From: Atractiella rhizophila
Lineage: Eukaryota
Direction of reading: 5' to 3'
Length of the DNA stretch: 64,000 nt
Assembly (NCBI GenBank): GCA_021432655.1
Contig: MU271397.1
Span: 1-64,000, forward strand
A program made the translations under genes and the position numbers. Of this stretch, positions 1 through 11,310 are shown in pieces (position 1 is the first letter of the stretch; the number at the start of each line of letters is the position of its first letter). The notes beneath the pieces were generated by a model. It was not told where the DNA came from, made no database searches, and saw only the letters and a program-made list of their open reading frames with translations.

Positions 1-292
1 TACTGTGAGCGTGGTGAAAGCATGATGGCGTCACTTAGTCACTTAGCTTGTTGCTACGTGAAGGATGAGGCTCTCACATCCTTTCTCTTCGTTCACACAA
101 TGTTCCACCACAAGGGCCTCGCTATACTACAAAACGATAACACGTTATTTCCATCTTAAACACAAGAATCGCTATACATGAATCTTGACTCTGTCCTATG
201 TACATTGCCTTGGTTCCGTACACCAACCCTCTCTTCTCAAATTTCTTCTTGGCCTTTTAGTTGTTTGTGTCGTAATCAAGCGTCCCTGTCAT

Positions 293-1720
293 TCAGCCCA
301 ACAGCTTTGAGCCCCAACCAAGCTAGAAATGTTACCGCCACCGCCAATCTCCTCTTTGCACAGGGGATGTGACTCCATTCCACCATCCACCGATCCTCAT
401 ACTTCAAACGTGGAATCCTAGCGTGGTTTTGGAATCGGTTAGGATACAATAATTGGTACCGTAAGTCTCAACATAACGAAGAACCTGGGGCAGAATGAAG
501 TGCAACGGATTGTCTTTACGCACCATATCCTCCCATGTGGCGGCAGGCTGTCGCTGTCTCCTTAATTCGGAGACCTATAGGCTGCGGCCCGAGGAAGAAG
601 GTTTGGGCTGTATGGCGGAGTCGAATCCCTTTTGAAAACTGTCAGGTTCGCGAGGGTGAAGGCTCCTAACTTCCTTTAACAAATTCATCTCCTATCAGAG
701 TTGCTAAAACTTAATTACCTTTCCCTCTACCAAAAGCACATAGATGGAGTCTTTGTCCGTGCTACCAGCCCGTCCATGTTCCGCTCCATATCCATTTCCT
801 CTTTCAAGTCCATTGGGAAAATCCCAACAAGGTCCACGCGGACTATTAAACCACATTAGATGCCAATATGACAGCAAGGTAACGGTCATACCAGATGATT
901 TCTTGTCTGCCTCCGCGTTTTCGTCCACGTCGTTCGTAGATCCCTGCTTCGAAACGACTTCTGTCTTCGTTACACTGACCTTTGAAGATCCCACTGGGAC
1001 GTTGCTTCTTGAGCTTGTTGGCACGGCCTTGCGAGCCCCCGCGAGGCACTCCAAGGTGACCAGAGCCTCGGTCATGGTGCTTGTCGGATCCTCCCTGATA
1101 TACTGAATATACCTTTCGAGTATGTAGGCGCAGACGCCAACCGTGCCTTGAGTCACGTGGATCCTGTTGTCCCTTCAATCAGTGCCATAGAAGTGATAGC
1201 ACTGAATATCTCATGCTTACAAGACATCTACCTCCGGCCTTGGGTGAGTTGCAATCGGATTCACCGTTTCCAACGGCATCTTCACTTTCTCTTCTTCCAA
1301 TTTCTTCAACACCGTCTCAATAGTAATCTTTAAATCCGATGCGTTTTCCTCCTATCTCTTCCGTAATCTTGTACCATTCGCAGGTTTTGAAGGCAACAAT
1401 GATGGAATTTAAGCCGTGGCAGGCCGACTGACGAAAAGCTACGCAGAAGTTTACCAACCTTCTCATTCGCCACCTCAATCTTGATCTCACCTTGAGTTTC
1501 CTCCCTGGGACCTCCTCGGGGACCGAGGTAATTTATGTTTGCCCTTCAACTGTTCTAATCTCGCTGTTGTCGGCGTGGATGGAGCGTAAATGAGTTTGGT
1601 GATTTCGATCTGGGGATTAAGTTCGTCAATTGTGGGTGGGTTGATCTCGAGGTCGTGTTGCTGCTTCGATTGGTCGGACTCTGATGACCGTATGAAAGTG
1701 GGAACTTGTGACTTCGACAT
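293..1720 (-). pseudogene. Decayed stand-alone PD-(D/E)xK (restriction-endonuclease-fold, Crinkler-type) nuclease-like gene
   Basis: Minus-strand fragments read, in order, RVDL(V)WDFP, SIYVLLVEGK (ExK, ~719-745), QVLRYVETYGTNYCILTDSKTTLGFHV (~410-490) and WMVEWSHIPCAKRRLAVAVTFLAWLGLKAVG*. They are joined by GT-AG introns but need several frameshifts. Family call is by motif resemblance only. Confidence 0.5.
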
Positions 1721-2342
1721 CGTGATTTGTTCGAGCTTGCACTGATCAGAAATTGTTATGCTAGTAGACTTTTTATCGACTCCTCAGCCATGCACTCCTT
1801 TTCTTTTCAGTTCTTTGTCAAGTGTCAGAGACCCGGCTTCCGTTTTACATATGTGTCTCTGCAAGCTAATCAAAGAACTAATGCCTTCTATTTAACTTAA
1901 CTCACTGCAGATCCACGCCTCATCAACACTATGCTGTGCTCCTTTGTTCTACCATTCTTTATGCACGAAATTGGCGTCGAATGCTCAACAAACCTGCCAC
2001 AATACTCTTTCTTTCTGACTTTTATCAACCGATCCCCACCTGCCAATTCTTTTATTTGTGAACAAAGGTTGCGATATCATCTTTTGTTCTGACTAGGATA
2101 TTCTTTGTCGTATGAGACTCTGACCCACCTTACTTTCAAGTATCATTGTCCAAGGATGCCTTTCGTGTGTCAAAGGTGGTGTTCTTCCATTTGTCGTGTT
2201 TGTTGTCTTGGCGCAAACATTCCGCGTTCCATTTCGTATCCTGTAGCTTTTATACCCATTCCCAGCATATTTCGCACTGAAATTTGTCTTATGTGGATGT
2301 TTAATGACAATGGAGTACCGCGAAACAGAACTAGATTCTTCA

Positions 2343-4481
2343 ATGATGCGACTTCAAGCTTTTCTTACACCCGCCTTTCCCATCAGTCCCGATATCAGTA
2401 AAACGCCACTCCTCCTTCAGGATGTGTCCAAAAAGCCTCATGCCCTTTGTAAATCGCTAGCCACAAGCGCTCAATACATGCCCTCGCGGGAGACCGACAC
2501 ATTTCTCAGCGTTTCGTATCGCGACCATGTACTCAAGGACCTTGAGGTACTTCCGTCGACTGTTGTTCCATTTTGGCAAGAGATCTTGATCCATGGTGAG
2601 GTACAGCCGTAAGACTACTGCTCGTTCATATCTTCTGTCACTGACGAAATTTGGTAGTGGATCACGCCTGTCATCATTTTTGTCTGATCTCGAAACATTC
2701 TTAAGGTACATATACCCTTCCAGAGCACCCGCACCACTTTCCATCCATGTTACTCACCAGAGGTGCTCGTCAGAGGGAGTGATGACCCAGGAAGTCGATG
2801 TTTTGCGCTTACAGATGAATCAGGATGTCTTAGCGGTTCTTATCATCTTGGTCAGTTTAATCGGAGGATTCATAGGTGTAACACTAACTCCGAATATAGG
2901 AAACTCCAGGTATCCTGCGTGAAGAGGATTGGAAACTCCCTAGTTACGAGCGGATGGATTTTCAGGATACTTCAAAAATTGGAGGCAACTACTTGGGATT
3001 TCTCCAGTCACTGAATATCGATGCACTGAACTATGCAGCATTCCTCGATTTCCACTCCACTGTGGTACTCAACATTTGCGAGAGTTTCTCTTACGTCTCT
3101 TTTGAGCGTGGACCGTATCTTCCCACATTGACCCTTCTCAGTGAGGCTTTTTCTGAACGATGGGACTGCTCGAATTTTTCACATCAGACTGGAGAAGCAT
3201 CTTTCCCACGAGTCCTCGTATCCGGCGCAGGGAGGAATCCGAATGAAGAGCACAATGTCGATTTAAGTACAATATCCATGGCTGCTGACCTAGATCTTTA
3301 CGATGCACAGAATGACGAAGGTACCATCGTTAACGCAATAGCAAATTGGCATAATGATCGCCTCCACAAGGCTCAGTTGTGGCTAGACAAGCTCCAGTTA
3401 CCAGGTCATGAGATTCGAGTTGTTTCTGTGATTTCCCCTTGCTTCCCGCACTCAATGTCGTCAATTCCACCTCTGCTGATGACCGCGAAGGACCCACTCG
3501 TACGATTTTTTCAAAATATCCTTTATCAAGCGTCGTCTGCCCTTCGGCCCTCAGTCCAGACTATGTCACTCTGTCCAGGAGATTCTATTCGTCTCGAACA
3601 TTCTTTACGGTCGGGACAGAAATTTTGGGGACAAGTTTTTGAGGCAAAGGTTCATGCTTTAGAAGCCCAAAAACTGGTTTTGAAGATTTACGACGAACGC
3701 CTCTTCCCTCCTCCGGCGTGGGAGATGGATTACGAGGGCATTTTACGGATTAGGCGATGGCCGAATGCAGAAGATTCGTGGCGGCGCGAGGAGAGAGCGT
3801 ATCGCGCCCTTCACTTCTTGCAGGGATCTGGCGTTCCGAAGTCGTACGGTTTTTACCGGGTGAACTTTTCCTCGTTTCATGATGACCTCAGGATTCACCA
3901 TCTTTTTGTTTACAGATTCAACTTCCCGATGGCGAAATTGTGGCGGCTCACCTCATGGAATACATCGAAGGTCCACATCTCGACGAAACGCTAATCAGGG
4001 ACCTGTCTGAAGAAGAACAACAAAGCTTTGTACGTTTTAAATCTTTTTGGTCATTACTTGACGATTCGTTATTATTGAGCAGTTCAACAAAGGGATGGCG
4101 TTGATCGGGGCAATCTTCCTCCTTGGCGTCAACCATACAGATCTCCATCACCGTCCAGACCAGATCATTTGCCCTCCGTCCTCCCGCCCTGGCAGTGCTC
4201 CCGATTTCGTGCTCATCGATTTTGGGATGAGCAATTTGGTTCAAATGGATGAAAGCTACCTAACGTCCCCTGCTGCATGGGATCTTACAATTTCCCTGGA
4301 TTCTGAACACATCAACCGAATGCTCAATGACCAGCTTGGTTGGACCTTGCTGGATGACGAAGAACGACACCCAGAGGTCCTTTTATGGCAAACGTGGGAG
4401 ATTTTGCTGCTACAGCAGAAGTTTGGCATTCTGGATGTGAATTGGGACGAAGAAAACAAGGTCGACAATGTTGAACGTTAA
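2343..4481 (+). CDS. Atypical protein-kinase-like protein with degenerate nuclease-like N-terminal domain, copy 1 (5 exons, intact)
   Basis: Four GT-AG introns (first 2609-2657) splice into one open frame. Kinase motifs: SGQKFWGQVF, LVLKIYD, EERAYRALHFLQGSGVPKSYG, LMEYIEG, HTDLHHRPDQII, VLIDFG. ATG position matches copies 2 and 3. Confidence 0.85.
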
Positions 4482-4489
4482 ATGTCAAG

Positions 4490-4895
4490 GATTGAGATTC
4501 GTATTCAGCATTCGTAGTACGATGACCTTGAAAGAGCAAATACATCGACCCATTGGATCTCTAGCAACCAAGATCGGGCATCATGTTGATGCCTGCTCAA
4601 TCGTCAATGGGCAGATCAGGAAGGACGAAGGACGAAGGAAGTTCGAAGAATTCTTGTCTGATTGCCCTCCCTCGCTCGTACATTGAATCCTTATCCCACG
4701 TCGCGGCGATCGCCACATGGGAGGGACACTGGCTAACACTTGGTAACACCTTTCGAGGGACGAGAATGCTGACCGAAATCAAATCCAGCACCGATGAGTC
4801 CATTACCCTAATTGTATTGTAAATCGTGAATTTGAATATAGACACTCAAACTAACTAGGGAAACGTAGAGTAGGTACCTGGGATCCTGGGATATC
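4490..4895 (-). pseudogene. GH3 beta-glucosidase relic (5' part)
   Basis: Translates to SQCPSHVAIAATWDKDSMYERGRAIRQEFFEL versus [32 protein letters not shown] at ~48780-48880. Nucleotide similarity to ~48625-49060 includes intron sequence. Confidence 0.85.
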
Positions 4896-5037
4896 GTTTG
4901 ATTAGAAGTAGAAGCTTGGGAGCTAGTCATAGCGTTGTAGAAAGCTTAGACAATTAAGCAAAGATTACTGTATAAGAGCGATAAGAAGTTATCAGTTGAA
5001 CACGACATAGAAATCCATTAACGCCAAACATCTGAAT

Positions 5038-7176
5038 TCAGCTCCCAGTCTGTCTTGAAGTCCCCTTTTCCTCATCCCAGTTCACGTTCAGAATACCAAA
5101 CTTGCGATGCCTGAGCAAAATCTCCCATGTACGCCGCGGACGGACCTCTGGGTGTTTCTCCTCGCCATATCGCAATGACCAACCTAGTTGTTCATTCAAC
5201 AATCGATTCATGTGATTGGAATCCACAGAAATCGTGAGATTCCACGCTGACACAGATGCGAGATAGGAATCATCCATACGAACCAAATTGCTCATCCCGA
5301 AGTCGATTAGCACGAAATCGGGGGCAACACCAGCGATGGAAGAGGGAGGACAAATGATTTGGTCGGGACGGTCATCAAGATCTGTATGGGTGACGCCGAG
5401 GAGAAACATTGCTCCCATCAATACCATCCCTTTGTTGAACTGCTCCAGGTTAGTAACTTGAAATGGCGGAAGGAATATCAACACACAAAGTTCTGTTGTT
5501 CTTCTTCGGACAGACCCTTGACCCAAGTTTCATCGAGGTGTGGACCTTCGACATATTCCATGAGGTGAGCCGCCACAATTTCGCCATCGGGAAGCTGAAT
5601 CTGATTGTAGAAGATTATTGAAAAGTCAGCTCCAACGAAGAAGAACTCACCCGGTAAAAGCCGTAGGACCTTGGAACGCCAGAACCTTGCAGAAAGCGGA
5701 GAGCATGATAAGCTCTTTCTTCGCGCTGCCACGAATCTTCTGCATTCGGCCATCGCCTAATCCGCAAAATGCCCTCGTAATCCATCTCCCACGCTGGAGG
5801 AGGGAAGAGGCGTTCGTCATAAATCTTCAAAACCAGTTTTTGGGCTTCCACGGCGTGAACCTTTGCCTCAAAAACTTGTCCCCAAAATTTCTGTCCTGAC
5901 CGTAAAGAGCTTTCTAGAAAAATTGAATCTCCTGGGCAGAGTGAGATAGTCTGGACTGAGGGTCGAAGGGCAGACGAGGCTTGATAAAGGATATTTTGAA
6001 AAAATCGGACTAACGGGTCCTTTGCCGTCATAAGCAGAGGTGGGATGGAGGACATTGGCACTTGGGAGGCAAGGCGAAATCACGGAAATAACTCGAAGCT
6101 CATGACCTGGTAACTGGAGCCCATCGAGCCACAGTTGAGCCTTGTCGAGGCGATCATTGTGCCAACCTGCAATTGCATCAAGAATGGGACCATCGTCGTT
6201 CTGAGCATCGTAAAGGTCTAGGTGGGCAGCCACCTGTATTCCACTGAGATCCACGTCGTGCTCTTTATTTGGATCTCTTCCGGCGCCAGACACGAGAACT
6301 CGGGGGAAACATGCTTCCCCAGTCTGATGTGAAAATTTTGAGCAATCCCATCGTTCAGAAAAACCTCGCTTAGAAGTGTCAGCGCAGGAAGGTAAGGTCC
6401 TTCCTCAAATGAGACATAGGAGAAAGATCTGGAGAGATTGACGACGACAGTAGACTTGAAGTCGAGGAACGCGGCATAAGTCAACCCATCAATGTCAAGT
6501 GATTGAAGGTATGCGAGATAGTTGCCCGGAACAATCGACGTGTCCTGAAAATTAATCCGCCCATAGTCTGGACGTTTCCAGTCCTGTTCACGGAGGATTC
6601 CAGGAGTCTCCTATGTTTGCAGTCAGTATTGTCAGCATTGAACCTAGGACTCTTCAAAGACTACGAACCAAGATAACAAGAACTGCCAAGGTCTCTTCCT
6701 CCATTTGTAAGCGCAGAATATCGACCTCCTGGGTCTGAACTCCGTTGGAGGAACATGTCTGATGGGTAACATGGATGCAAAGCGGTGCGGACGCTCTTGC
6801 AGGGTACATATATGTCAAGAACATCTTCAGATCTAGTAAAAATAATGAAACACGAGATTCCCTGTTGAAGTTGGTGAGCGATATGGGAAAGAGATTTGCA
6901 CTAGCCTCACGGATGTACCTCCCCATGTATCGAGATCTCCGGCCAAAATGGACTAACGGTCGATGGAAGGACATCGAGGTCCTTGAGTAGGTGATCCCGG
7001 TGTGAAACCATGAAGAATTTATCAGTGTCCCTTGCCGGCATGAACTGGGCACTTGTAACCAACGATGCATATCGAGCATGAGGTTCTTTGGAGACATCTT
7101 GAAGTAGTGGAGGTTCTCTAGGTTTGTTGGCAGGGACAGGAAATGTTGGTGTGAGAAAGGCGTGAAGCTGCGTCAT
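5038..7176 (-). pseudogene. Atypical kinase / degenerate nuclease-like fusion, copy 2, frameshifted
   Basis: Same exon structure as copies 1 and 3. There is a -1 frameshift in a T run at ~6359-6363 and a +1 frameshift at ~6057-6063, with a stop in the shifted frame at 6218-6220. Sequencing error cannot be excluded. Confidence 0.75.
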
Positions 7177-8136
7177 GATTTGGTCGACGTGCTTTTACTC
7201 GTAAAATTTAGCGGGGAAGGGAGAAATATGGCGCACTCACCGAGAAGGAGAATGAACACCGTACTAAGAGATCCGTTGAAACCACAACAGATTACTCGTA
7301 TGTTTGGAAAACAAAAGGTGGGAGGAGCACACTACGACCTTTTGATTGCCGAACCCAGTCAAGTATGCCCTAGTTGGCAAGACCGTTCAGAAATGACTAC
7401 AGTGACTTTTCTTTCAGATCTCTGATGATAATCATTCTTGTTCATGAAGTAGCATTCGGGTTTCGTAGGCGGGCAGAGGACGCGAATCCGCCACGTGCCA
7501 GCAATTAACGCTGCTTGGACCCCTTGAGATATCCTTTTGGTCTGTTAGAGTAGTCCTGTATTTGCAGAATTTAGATTTACGGCGCTTCCCGTCTCGTGCA
7601 CCCACTCCCGCCTCTCCTCCGCAAGAGTCCAGGGCATCGTGAACAACTACGCGCTAGCGTTCGCCTTCACCTTCAGCAACTTGTCTCAGCTGGTCTCAGT
7701 TGTAAGGACATCCCAAGTGATCCGGGATACATAGCATTGTCGTATCATCTGCAGGTGAGCTTTCGCGTCGTAGACCTGCAGTGCAAGGGGGTTTTCGAGG
7801 ATTGTTCTCAAACTGAAGCTTGAAGTTTTGATCGAGTGTCTACTCTTTGTGTCTATGATATGGGTTATTTACTGCCGCTGTGAACGCCTCTGTGAACGTG
7901 CACAATATGTACCAAAGGTAGCTTGCGGCTGCAGCAAGATCTGCCTTCGGCGCTCTCGCTCATATTAAGCTATCCAAGAATTCGAAGGGACTGTAAGATG
8001 CAGACCTGTTAATATAATTTCAATCGTCGCCGAGACCCGTATACTCCAAATAGACCCTCTCATCTCCCCATGTATTTCTACCTCTTCATTCTTCCACGCC
8101 AACCCGAGATCAACATCACAGCAGGTCACCACTATC

Positions 8137-10250
8137 ATGACAAGGCTTCACGCCTTCCTGACGCCTTCCTTCCCAATCTTTTCCGATGATAGTGAGGACC
8201 CGCCACTTCTTCAAGACGTTTCCAAGCGACCACACGACAGATGTGAATCAGTGGTTACGAGCGCCCAGTTTCTGCCCTCAAGAGAGACCAGCACATTCCT
8301 GAAGGTCACCTATCGTGACCATCTCCTCAAGGACCTAGAGGTGCTTCCATTAAACGTCATCCCATTTTGGCCAGAAATACTCATCCATGGGGAGGTGCAA
8401 CCGTGAGTCTCCCAGTTCCTCCAGCATACCGCTGACCACTTTAGGCAGCGAATCACGGCTTTCGGCGTTTTTGCACGATCTGAAGATATTCTTGATATAT
8501 ATGTACCCTGCAAGAGCACCAGCGCCGCTTTCGATCCATATCACCCACCAGACCTGTTCGTCCAACGGAGTCCAAACTCAAGAGGTCGATATTCTGCGCT
8601 TGCAAATGGAGGAGGAGACCTTGGCGGTTCTTGTCATCTTAGTTCGTACCAGCGGAAAGTCCGAGGCTTAATTCTGACGTTAAACACAGGAAACTCCTGG
8701 AATCCTTCGTGAAAAGGACTGGAAACTTCCAGACTATGGGCGGATCAATTTTCAGGACACGTCGATTGTTGCGGGCAACTATCTCGCGTACCTTCAATCA
8801 CTTGAGGTTGACCGGTTGGACCATGCCGCATTCCTGGACTTCAAGGCTACCGTTATCTTTAATTGTTTCAAATCTTTCTGTTATGCCTCTTTTGAGGAAG
8901 GACCTTACCTTCCTGCGCTGACACTTCTCAGCGAGGTCTTTTCTAAGCGATGGGACTGCTCAAAATTTTCACACCAGACTGGGGAAGCATCTTTCCCCCG
9001 AGTTCTTGTGTCTGGTGCGATGAGGGATCCTAGTAAAGAGCACGATGTGGATCTCAATGGAATACAGGTAGCTGCCGAGCTAGATCTTTACGATGCTCAG
9101 AACGATGATGGTCTTATTCTTGATGCGATTGCAGATTGGCATAATCGTCGACTCCAGAAAGCTCAAGTTTGGCTCGATGAGCTCCAGTTCCCGGGTCATG
9201 AGCTTCGAGTTGTTTCTGTGATTTCCCCTTGCCCCCATTCTTCGATGTCGTTTGTGCCACCGCTGCTCATGACGGCAGAAGACCCACTTGCTCGATTCTT
9301 CCAAAATATTCTCTTTGAAGCAGCCTCCGCTATTCGACCATCCACCGAGAGTTTCTCACTCTGTCCAGGAGATTTGATTTTCCTAGAAAGCTCTTTACGG
9401 TCGGGACAGGAATTTTGGGGCCAAACCTTTGAAGTAAAGGTCTCCGCTTTGGAAACGCGGAAACTAGTTCTGAAGATCTACGATGAAAGACTCTTCCCAC
9501 CTCCGGCGTGGGAGAGGGACTGTAGCGGCATTCTACGGATCAGACAATGGCCGAATGCAGAAGATTCGTGGCAGCGCGAAGAAAGAGCCTATCATGCACT
9601 CCGCTTTCTGCAAGGTTCTGGCGTTCCGAGATCCTACGGCTTTTATCGAGTGAGTTTTTTTTTTTTGAAGGCTGACCTTCTAATCTCGCCTTGTATAAAC
9701 AGATTCAGCTTCCTGACGGTGAAGTCGCGGCGGCCCACCTAATGGAATACGTCGATGGTCCACATCTCTACGAGACTTCGGTTCGGGACCTGTCAGAAGA
9801 GGAACAACAAAATTTCGTGCGTCTCACATTCCTTTGCTGGTTATAATTCGCTTATCCAAACAACAGTTCAACAAAGGAATGGTATTGATGGGGGCAATGT
9901 TTCTCCTCGGCGTCAACCATACGGATCTTCATGACCGGCCTGACCAAATCATTTGTCCTCCTCCGTCCTGTCCTGGCCTCTCCCCCGATTTTGTGCTCAT
10001 CGACTTTGGGATGAGCAATTTGGTTCAAATGGATGATAGCTACCTCCAATCCCTGGCGGCATGGGATCTCACCATTTCTGCGGATTCGGGGTGCTTCAAC
10101 GACATGCTCACTGAACAACTTGGTTGGTCCCGGTGGGATGACAAGGAAAAACACCCCGAGGTCCTTTCATGGCGAACATGGGAGATTTTGCTGTTAAAGC
10201 AAAAGTTCGGCATTATGGATGTCAACTGGATTGAGAAAGCTGGTTGTTGA
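8137..10250 (+). CDS. Atypical protein-kinase-like protein with degenerate nuclease-like N-terminal domain, copy 3 (5 exons, intact)
   Basis: Same four introns, open frame after splicing. Motifs LVLKIYD, EERAYHALRFLQGSGVPRSYG, HTDLHDRPDQII, VLIDFG. Confidence 0.85.
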
Positions 10251-10619
10251 TTGTTAATGACGTGGTATGTCCACGTAGTCAACTGCTTTAAACCAACCCT
10301 TCGAAAGTCAGCTTTCGCACATTCATACATCTCCTTTTTAACAAATCAGACTAGTAACTCCCTGCGTTCAATGGGTCAACTTTGTAGCTTCTCTTTTTCA
10401 ATTTCTTCAAGTCATAGACTCCCTTTCCCACAACCTTACCCCTCCATAGTCTCAGTATCACTACTCTGCATTTCCGTTGACCAGTTACCCAAGAATGTGG
10501 ACGGATAGCGCATTGCCATGATCATCAGAATAATTAAAATAAATATTAACAAATCTTGGTCCTCCAAGGGAAATGTCCAAATCTCTCCAAAACAACTTGA
10601 TATTTTGACGCGTAAAAGA

Positions 10620-11310
10620 GTGTGAGAGCGCCGTTGTTCTCAGACAGAGTGGTAGAATCATCCCCGATATTTCTCATGAGCCCGTGTGCGAGGTGCTTCG
10701 GACGTTGCATTATAAATGAAACCTGACAATGAACCTCTGACCTTGAAACACGCAGAGGCACTTATTTATCTACCTAAGTTGAACCAAGGCGTCAGCTGGG
10801 GTCACTGCGTCCTTTAATGTCGATATGGAATCCGGATTCCCAATTGGCTACCAGTACACTAGCAAAGTCAAATCATCAACAAGGGTGAACACTCTTTGTT
10901 TGATTGTAGGGCCGTACCACGCATTTGGAGATCAGTTCCTCCAATAAAGGAGTCGTAAATCTCATGGATCGCTCCTGCAGAAGCCATCGGAGAACCAGAT
11001 CTATCGAGGGGCAGAAAGCTTACCAATCCAATATGTCTCCTCCTCAATATCAGTAGGTACAGCGGTAAAGGGATGAACTTGCCTTCAACCTCAGTCCCCT
11101 CTTCAGGAGATGGATGTGTGACGGGTCGGGGCAGGTGCCATTCACTGTATATTCCGAATGAAGTGATGTCAACGCGAGCGAGTAACACACGTCGCTGGTA
11201 AATGAGCATCATGATCAACGAGAGTTGGCGTCAGCATACAACTGAGATGGGAAACAATAAACACTCACTCCTTCGTCGACTTCAACTCGACCTGCGAAGG
11301 TACCAATCAA
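10620..11310 (-). pseudogene. GH3 beta-glucosidase relic (middle part)
   Basis: NIGDDSTTLSENNGALTL versus [18 protein letters not shown], and [18 protein letters not shown] versus [18 protein letters not shown]. Colinear nucleotide similarity to ~47430-48230 including introns, with indels. Confidence 0.8.

Noticed and set aside
2343..10250. Kinase copies as FunK1 fungal-type kinases or as true Spok genes
   Set aside because: No HRDISxxN loop, no Spok-like cysteine cluster or coiled coil, and no intact nuclease motif. Only the architecture is analogous.
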